Positions 58,862-64,000 of a stretch of 64,000 nucleotides of DNA are shown here, piece by piece. A program made the translations under genes and the position numbers. The DNA is from an uncultured Planctomycetaceae bacterium (lineage in GTDB: Bacteria; Planctomycetota; Planctomycetia; Planctomycetales; Planctomycetaceae): the NCBI GenBank assembly GCA_963976765.1, contig CAXBME010000002.1:186001-250000 (forward strand). Direction: 5' to 3'. Under the pieces are notes generated by a model, which made no database searches, had not been told where the DNA came from, and worked only from the letters and a program-made list of their open reading frames with translations. Each line of letters begins with the position of its first letter. The first letter of the stretch is position 1.

Positions 58862-60982
58862 TCAGTACGAGCCGATCACCAGGTGCCAACCGTCAACGAC
58901 GTCGACTTCCGTGCCAAATTCAATGGCAGGTGTGTCCTTGAGCAACGCATAGTAAGTGTCTGGTGGCAGTGGGATGCTGCGTTCGACGTTTCGTCGCAGT
59001 TCAGCAATCGTTCGTTCCGTCTGCCCCTGCGAAACTCGAAAGGCTTCGGAGTATCCGTATCGGCGATAACCGAAGATCGCCGATGAACTCAGCGAACGGA
59101 TATCGTGTTCATCCTGAAGTTCTTCCGGTCTGGCTGGAGCTGATCGGTCCATCAGTTTGCAGAACTCCAGCCGGTTGGCATCGGTGATTTGCTTCAGTGG
59201 CCGACCGCTTCCGGCGGCCAGGTCAGTGCCGAACCACGCCTGACCGTCCTGATCGATGAGGATCAACGATTCGATCGCCCATTCCAGACCGTTCGTGACG
59301 GGCAACTCGTCGGCTGTTCCGGCGGCGACAGTCAGGCGACCTCGTTCCGAGCGGACATTCTTCGTCAGAAACTGAGTGCGGGTTCGAGATCGAAGCCAGC
59401 CGGATCGTAGCCACTGTGTCTCGGTCCAGTCAGTGCGAGCGGATTCAAATTCTTCACCGCTGGGGCGAATCGGCATGACCAGTGTCGACGGAGAAAAACT
59501 CAAACCCGTCGACGGCGCCATCCCCGCATAAAGCGACACCCTGGCCGTCGACACCGCTTTGTTATTTCCCTGATCAATGATCGTCAGACTTCGAACACGA
59601 GACTTGACCGAGAAACCGTGCGACAACGCCGAATAACCAAACAGAAACAGACTGGTCACAATGGCGATCGCAGGAATCGTGACGACCAGAAAATTCAGCT
59701 TCTTCTTCCGGGCCAGCATGAAATAATTCAACGGGCCAATGATCATTGTGAAGAGCGAGATGAAAATCAGAAACGCCATGACCGGCACGCTGCGGATTCC
59801 GGGAATCAGAAATTCCAGGAATTCCGCGTTGTCTATCCGTCCCGCAACTCCCGTCCGACTGGTCTGCCGCAGTTCGTTGATCGGAAACGACTTCAGCAAC
59901 CAGCCCCAATCCTGAATCGTCCCCGTTGAAAACGGATTGTCGACAAACCCAATCAGCCGCCCCTGTCCGAACTCACGAATTTCAAAGGGTGCCTGGTCTG
60001 TCGGCCAGCTGAATTTGTTTTGTGAACTCTGGTCAGGATTCTTCTGTCCGACCTCAACTGCCTCAGGTTCTGAGTCGACTGGAATCTCAATGAGAGCGTC
60101 CGCTGGCGATGAGATAAGATTGCCGTACTGATCCAGGTGTACCACCGGAATTGCCTGCTGCCTTTGGGGATCTGCCGCGACCCACTTAACGATCGCCGAC
60201 TGAGTTCTCGCTTCAGTCAGTTCGGCAAGCTTCCGCGAACCGCTGACGAGCTCGCCTGCGGAGAAAACAAGCAGAGTTCCGCCGGCTCGGGTCCAGTCGA
60301 GAATCGCGGCCCGCTCCGTTTCGGCGAGCCCACCGAAGTCTGCGAGCGAAGTGATGACCAGATCAACGCTTGAGTATGCCAGCCAGGTTTCCGGAAGCCG
60401 GTAAGGTTCGATGGTCTGATTGTCTTCGGTCTTTCCGTAGCCATACCCGTAACTGTGACTTCGGTGGCTGGAAGACGTGAGGGATGTAATCGCGTCTTCC
60501 AGTGGCTGCATCGCCAGTGGGGCTTTCGAAATGGCCAGGAGCGAAGGACGGGAATTCTGATAGTCCGTATCCGGCAGTGAGATCGTGTTTTGCAGTTTTT
60601 CGAGTTCGCGACCATCGTGAGAAACGGTGAGCCTTCCATAGTTCCCCTGACCGGCCAAAGGAATGAGCAGCGTGAAACTTGCGGAAGCATTCTGGTCGAC
60701 AACGATCCGTCGCGAGACGGACGGCAGTCTGGTGCTGTGCAAAGGCTCGAATTCGATATCGAGTTCCCGCGTAAGTCCTCGATTCTGCAAGGCAATACGA
60801 ATCGGATAGTAGCCACCGACCGAACCACCAGCCCAGCGATAGTCGACGGACATTTGAATGTCGGCTTCGCTGGCGCCGTACTGTTCCCCGACCGCCATCG
60901 CGATTCGCTGCGGAAACGTTGCTGCGGAGCAGATCGCCAGAATGGCCATTACAACAAATCGCCTGGTCAGTCGACTGCCCAT
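58862..60982 (-). CDS. Conserved membrane protein of MoxR-type loci
   Basis: Signal peptide, GYYPIRI, LPE.W.AYS.VD.V...W...GG.L (glutamine amidotransferase-like fold), two TM helices (IIGPLNY...TIPAI). Confidence 0.7.
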   Translation of the reverse strand: MGSRLTRRFVVMAILAICSAATFPQRIAMAVGEQYGASEADIQMSVDYRWAGGSVGGYYPIRIALQNRGLTRELDIEFEPLHSTRLPSVSRRIVVDQNASASFTLLIPLAGQGNYGRLTVSHDGRELEKLQNTISLPDTDYQNSRPSLLAISKAPLAMQPLEDAITSLTSSSHRSHSYGYGYGKTEDNQTIEPYRLPETWLAYSSVDLVITSLADFGGLAETERAAILDWTRAGGTLLVFSAGELVSGSRKLAELTEARTQSAIVKWVAADPQRQQAIPVVHLDQYGNLISSPADALIEIPVDSEPEAVEVGQKNPDQSSQNKFSWPTDQAPFEIREFGQGRLIGFVDNPFSTGTIQDWGWLLKSFPINELRQTSRTGVAGRIDNAEFLEFLIPGIRSVPVMAFLIFISLFTMIIGPLNYFMLARKKKLNFLVVTIPAIAIVTSLFLFGYSALSHGFSVKSRVRSLTIIDQGNNKAVSTARVSLYAGMAPSTGLSFSPSTLVMPIRPSGEEFESARTDWTETQWLRSGWLRSRTRTQFLTKNVRSERGRLTVAAGTADELPVTNGLEWAIESLILIDQDGQAWFGTDLAAGSGRPLKQITDANRLEFCKLMDRSAPARPEELQDEHDIRSLSSSAIFGYRRYGYSEAFRVSQGQTERTIAELRRNVERSIPLPPDTYYALLKDTPAIEFGTEVDVVDGWHLVIGSY

Positions 60983-61085
60983 GTCGTCTCAACTTTCTAA
61001 CGAAGACAACTTTTCAGATTCTCACCTGTTATCACAACAGCCTTGCCTGAAATCTTTATCAATCTCTCACAAAGGTACGAAGCGG

Positions 61086-62120
61086 TCATGCTTGAATGTC
61101 TGCGGGGATCGATCTGCCGATTTCCGGAACAGAATTCAGCAGCGTGTCGACCATGCGGGCAGTCGTCCAGCCTTCCATCCGTGCTGAATAGTCCAGGATC
61201 AGGCGATGCCCCAGCACGTGTGGAGCGACTCGCCGCACTTCGTCAAATCCAGCGTTCGGCTTGCCGGCCAGCAAGGCCGCCGCGCGGCATGTTCCGGCCA
61301 GAGCGATGGCCGCTCGCGGAGAAGCACCGTACCGCACAAACCGTCGCACTTCTTCCGGAGATTCGTCGCGGTCCGGATGCGTGGCCGTGACCAGGCGAGC
61401 GATGTAATTCCCGACGGCTTCCGGCAAATGGACCCGGTCGACCAGCGCGAACAATCGAGCCAGATCGTCGCCCGTCATGATTTCGTTCAGCGTCGGCGCG
61501 ATGCCGTGCTGGCGAGTTCTGATGATCTGCTCCAGCGTGTCGCTCGTCACGCTGCTGACGTTGACCTTAAAAGTGAATCGGTCAATCTGCGCTTCAGGCA
61601 GCGGATACGTACCTTCCAGTTCGATCGGGTTCTGAGTCGCCAGCACAAAGAACGGCTGCGGCAGCGTGTGAGTTTCTCCCATGACCGTGACGCGGCGTTC
61701 CTGCATCGCTTCCAGCAGAGCGGCCTGAGTCTTCGGCGTAGCTCGGTTGATCTCGTCAGCCAGAAGCAGGTTGGCAAACACCGGTCCCTGGTGAAAAACA
61801 AGTTTCCGGCTGCCGCCCTGATCTTCCAGAATCGGCGAGCCAAGAATGTCACTCGGCAGCAGGTCCGGCGTGAACTGGATGCGACGAAACTGAAGACTCA
61901 GCAGCGACGCCAGCGACTTAACGAGTTCGGTCTTTCCCAGCCCCGGCAAACCTTCCAGCAGCAAATGACCGCGAGCGAGCAGGCAGGTGACAACGCGGTC
62001 AAGCAGTTCGTCCTGTCCAAGAATTGCCTTGCCAAGTCCAGCAAGCAACGACTGAATTGTCGTCTGAGCGCGGCTGACGTCGTCCGGCGACAGAAGTTGA
62101 GAACCTGCAGAATCTGACAT
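61086..62120 (-). CDS. moxR: MoxR-family AAA+ ATPase
   Basis: GHLLLEGLPGLGKT, RIQFTPDLLPSD, LADEINRA.PKTQ.ALLEAMQE, TQNPIE.EGTYPLPEAQ.DRF. Confidence 0.95.
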   Translation of the reverse strand: MSDSAGSQLLSPDDVSRAQTTIQSLLAGLGKAILGQDELLDRVVTCLLARGHLLLEGLPGLGKTELVKSLASLLSLQFRRIQFTPDLLPSDILGSPILEDQGGSRKLVFHQGPVFANLLLADEINRATPKTQAALLEAMQERRVTVMGETHTLPQPFFVLATQNPIELEGTYPLPEAQIDRFTFKVNVSSVTSDTLEQIIRTRQHGIAPTLNEIMTGDDLARLFALVDRVHLPEAVGNYIARLVTATHPDRDESPEEVRRFVRYGASPRAAIALAGTCRAAALLAGKPNAGFDEVRRVAPHVLGHRLILDYSARMEGWTTARMVDTLLNSVPEIGRSIPADIQA

Positions 62121-62159
62121 GCAGCACCTTTGCTAACTTTTCGGCGTTCGACCGTGATC

Positions 62160-62690
62160 TCAACCCTGCAGAACCTGAATCATGCCTCGACAGAAATCCG
62201 GAAGGTCGTCCGGTTTGCGACTCGACACAAAATGCCGATCCACCACCACCGCCGCATCCTCAAACTCCGCACCAGCGTTCACAAGATCGTCCTTGATCCC
62301 CGGCGAACCGGTCACTTTGACGCCTGAGTAAACTTTCGCTGAAATCGGAATCCAGCCACCGTGGCAGATCGCGGCGACAAGTTTGCCGGCGTCTGCAAAT
62401 TCACGAACCAGCTCCAGAACTTTCGGATCCCGGCGAAGTTTATCCGGCATAAAACCGCCGGGACACAGCACCCCGTCGAAGTCAGCAGAGTTCATGTCTG
62501 AGATGGCCGCATCGGAAACGCAGGGGTAACCATTCTTGCCGGCATAAGTTCGCCCGGCTTCCGGCCCGGCAATGACGACGTCGGCTCCGGCCTCGATCAG
62601 TCGAAGCTTCGGGTACCAAAGTTCGAGGTCTTCGTAGATGTCGCCCACGAAGGCGAGAACTCGTTTGCCCTGCAAAGGCAGATTGGACAT
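62160..62690 (-). CDS. pfpI: PfpI/DJ-1 family protein
   Basis: YEDLEL.YP, PGG..PD.LR, AAICHG, SSR.PDDL. Confidence 0.92.
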   Translation of the reverse strand: MSNLPLQGKRVLAFVGDIYEDLELWYPKLRLIEAGADVVIAGPEAGRTYAGKNGYPCVSDAAISDMNSADFDGVLCPGGFMPDKLRRDPKVLELVREFADAGKLVAAICHGGWIPISAKVYSGVKVTGSPGIKDDLVNAGAEFEDAAVVVDRHFVSSRKPDDLPDFCRGMIQVLQG

Positions 62691-63082
62691 GGAAAGCTTC
62701 CTGAGAACTATTGAAAGGACGTTTCTGCAAACCAGTCGGAAGTAATCGCCATCGCAATCATTTGATCATGCCGGTTCTTCCGAATCTGCAAGGATCGCTG
62801 GTCGGCGATGACAGAGCAACCGTCAACGTCTGAGCGTCGCCAGACATGCAGGCCAGACGCCCTGTCCGTCGCGGGCGTATTTTCGGCACAAACGGACGAC
62901 TCGCCGGCCGTTGCTCAGGCTTCGCTGACCGATCGACTTTGCTGAAAGTTTCAAACCGTCCGAACCCGATCAACATTCTCAGCAGAAACTGTCTCCGCCA
63001 CCTGTCGAAACGCGTCGGTTCAGACGCTCGGCCAGTGAGCGATTGATTGCTGGCCCGGAATTACTGTTGAGCCAACCTGACT

Positions 63083-63580
63083 ATGAGCGACTTCAAAAAC
63101 AATCTGGTTCAATCTGCCGACGCAGCCGCACGAGTGGGCGTGCTGTTTGTTGCCGTCGCCCTGTTCGCGGCGATGTGGGAGTCAGACTCGCCCCCAGCCG
63201 AAGCGAGTGACAACCACTGGCTGGCTCGTCGCGCCGGAGCTTTGACGATTGACGCGGCAGGAAACGAGCCTGCCGAGTCCGTCAACCAGACTCGAGACCA
63301 GATCAAAGCTCAGCCGGTCTTCGAGCCGGTATCGCACCCGGCAGTCATCACCCAGCCGTACCCGATGCCGGTTGGCATCGCTCCTGGCGAATATCGCGTC
63401 GTCGACTCGCGAGGCATGACCGAAACATTGAACGTGAGCGCCGAAATGGTTTCGATGCAGAAGTTTGACGAAAATCGAGACCAGTACATCATCGAAAATG
63501 GCGATCGGAAAATTTTCTTCATCCGAATCCGGAATGAAAACGCAACAGCCAGCAGGCACTCCGGACCGATTCGAAGATAA
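63083..63580 (+). CDS. Hypothetical membrane-anchored protein
   Basis: 165-aa ORF with an N-terminal TM segment and P.GIAPG.YRVVD..G motif. Confidence 0.6.
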   Translation: MSDFKNNLVQSADAAARVGVLFVAVALFAAMWESDSPPAEASDNHWLARRAGALTIDAAGNEPAESVNQTRDQIKAQPVFEPVSHPAVITQPYPMPVGIAPGEYRVVDSRGMTETLNVSAEMVSMQKFDENRDQYIIENGDRKIFFIRIRNENATASRHSGPIRR

Positions 63581-63652
63581 GCACTGTCACGCTCAGAGCT
63601 TCAAACGGGAAAGCAACGTGGGGAATGGGCATCGCCCACCGTCCCTGTCCAT

Positions 63653-64000
63653 CTACTGCTGAGCTTCCCAGAGCCGCACGATGACGCGCCAGCGTTCTGA
63701 CGAAGAAGGCAACCCGGCAGCTCGCAGCAAACGTTCGACGTGCGGCCACTTGATTGGTTGCTTCGCTTCCACACGATAAAGATCGCGGAGCAGGACTGAG
63801 TAATTAAACGGGAGCCGTTTGGCGAACGCTCGTAGAGTTGGGGCAACCTCGGCGATCAGCAACCGCAACTCGACCGCCAGCAACGAATCGCTCTTCCTCT
63901 TAAGCTGTTCGCGGTAGCGGTGGATCCAGTTAATGTGGACGTCGCCGAGTCTCGTGACGCCGCACGATTCCGCAATACCGTGCAGCAACGACCAGCTGGG
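63653..64000 (-). CDS. 3' part of a hypothetical protein running off the window
   Basis: Frame open from the window end to the stop at 63653; helical, protein-like composition. Confidence 0.5.
   Translation of the reverse strand, partial: PSWSLLHGIAESCGVTRLGDVHINWIHRYREQLKRKSDSLLAVELRLLIAEVAPTLRAFAKRLPFNYSVLLRDLYRVEAKQPIKWPHVERLLRAAGLPSSSERWRVIVRLWEAQQ

Noticed and set aside
63617..63657. Degenerate REP-like sequence (ATGGGCATCGCCCAC...CTAC)
   Set aside because: Too short and imperfect to call without genome-wide copies.
1..64000. CRISPR array, rRNA, IS transposase
   Set aside because: No regularly spaced repeat-spacer units, rRNA-like sequence or transposase motifs were seen.

Overview
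Bacterial chromosomal window, most likely from a planctomycete: it carries DUF1501 and DUF1549/DUF1553 cytochrome-c genes, planctomycete-type ECF sigma factors, DUF1080 and MoxR/DUF58. Most of it is housekeeping: rplM, ggt, rtcB, accB/accC, pfk, ftsH, pabB/pabA, a lipB-like gene with lipA, recQ, flgN/K/L, metH, dnaA, moxR and pfpI. There are two accessory regions. (1) A ~5.9 kb integrative, phage-satellite-like element sits in the 3' end of tRNA-Leu(CAG), with att repeats at 20072-20086 and 26009-26023. Its tyrosine integrase reads through attL into the tRNA. On excision it would fuse in frame to an orphan ORF at the opposite end, so the integrase C-terminus would differ between the integrated and circular states. 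(2) An AT-richer patch upstream of dnaA (~55.1-58.8 kb) holds two tandem secreted orphan proteins that look like distant paralogues, followed by a decayed ECF sigma/Ser-Thr kinase pair. Other oddities are an FHA-ECF sigma fusion, a basic 4x ~75-aa repeat protein overlapping pabB, a LipB-like protein lacking the catalytic Lys/Cys dyad, a pentapeptide-TIR protein and an orphan Tat-exported Cys-rich lipoprotein. All calls come from reading motifs by eye; no database searches were run.
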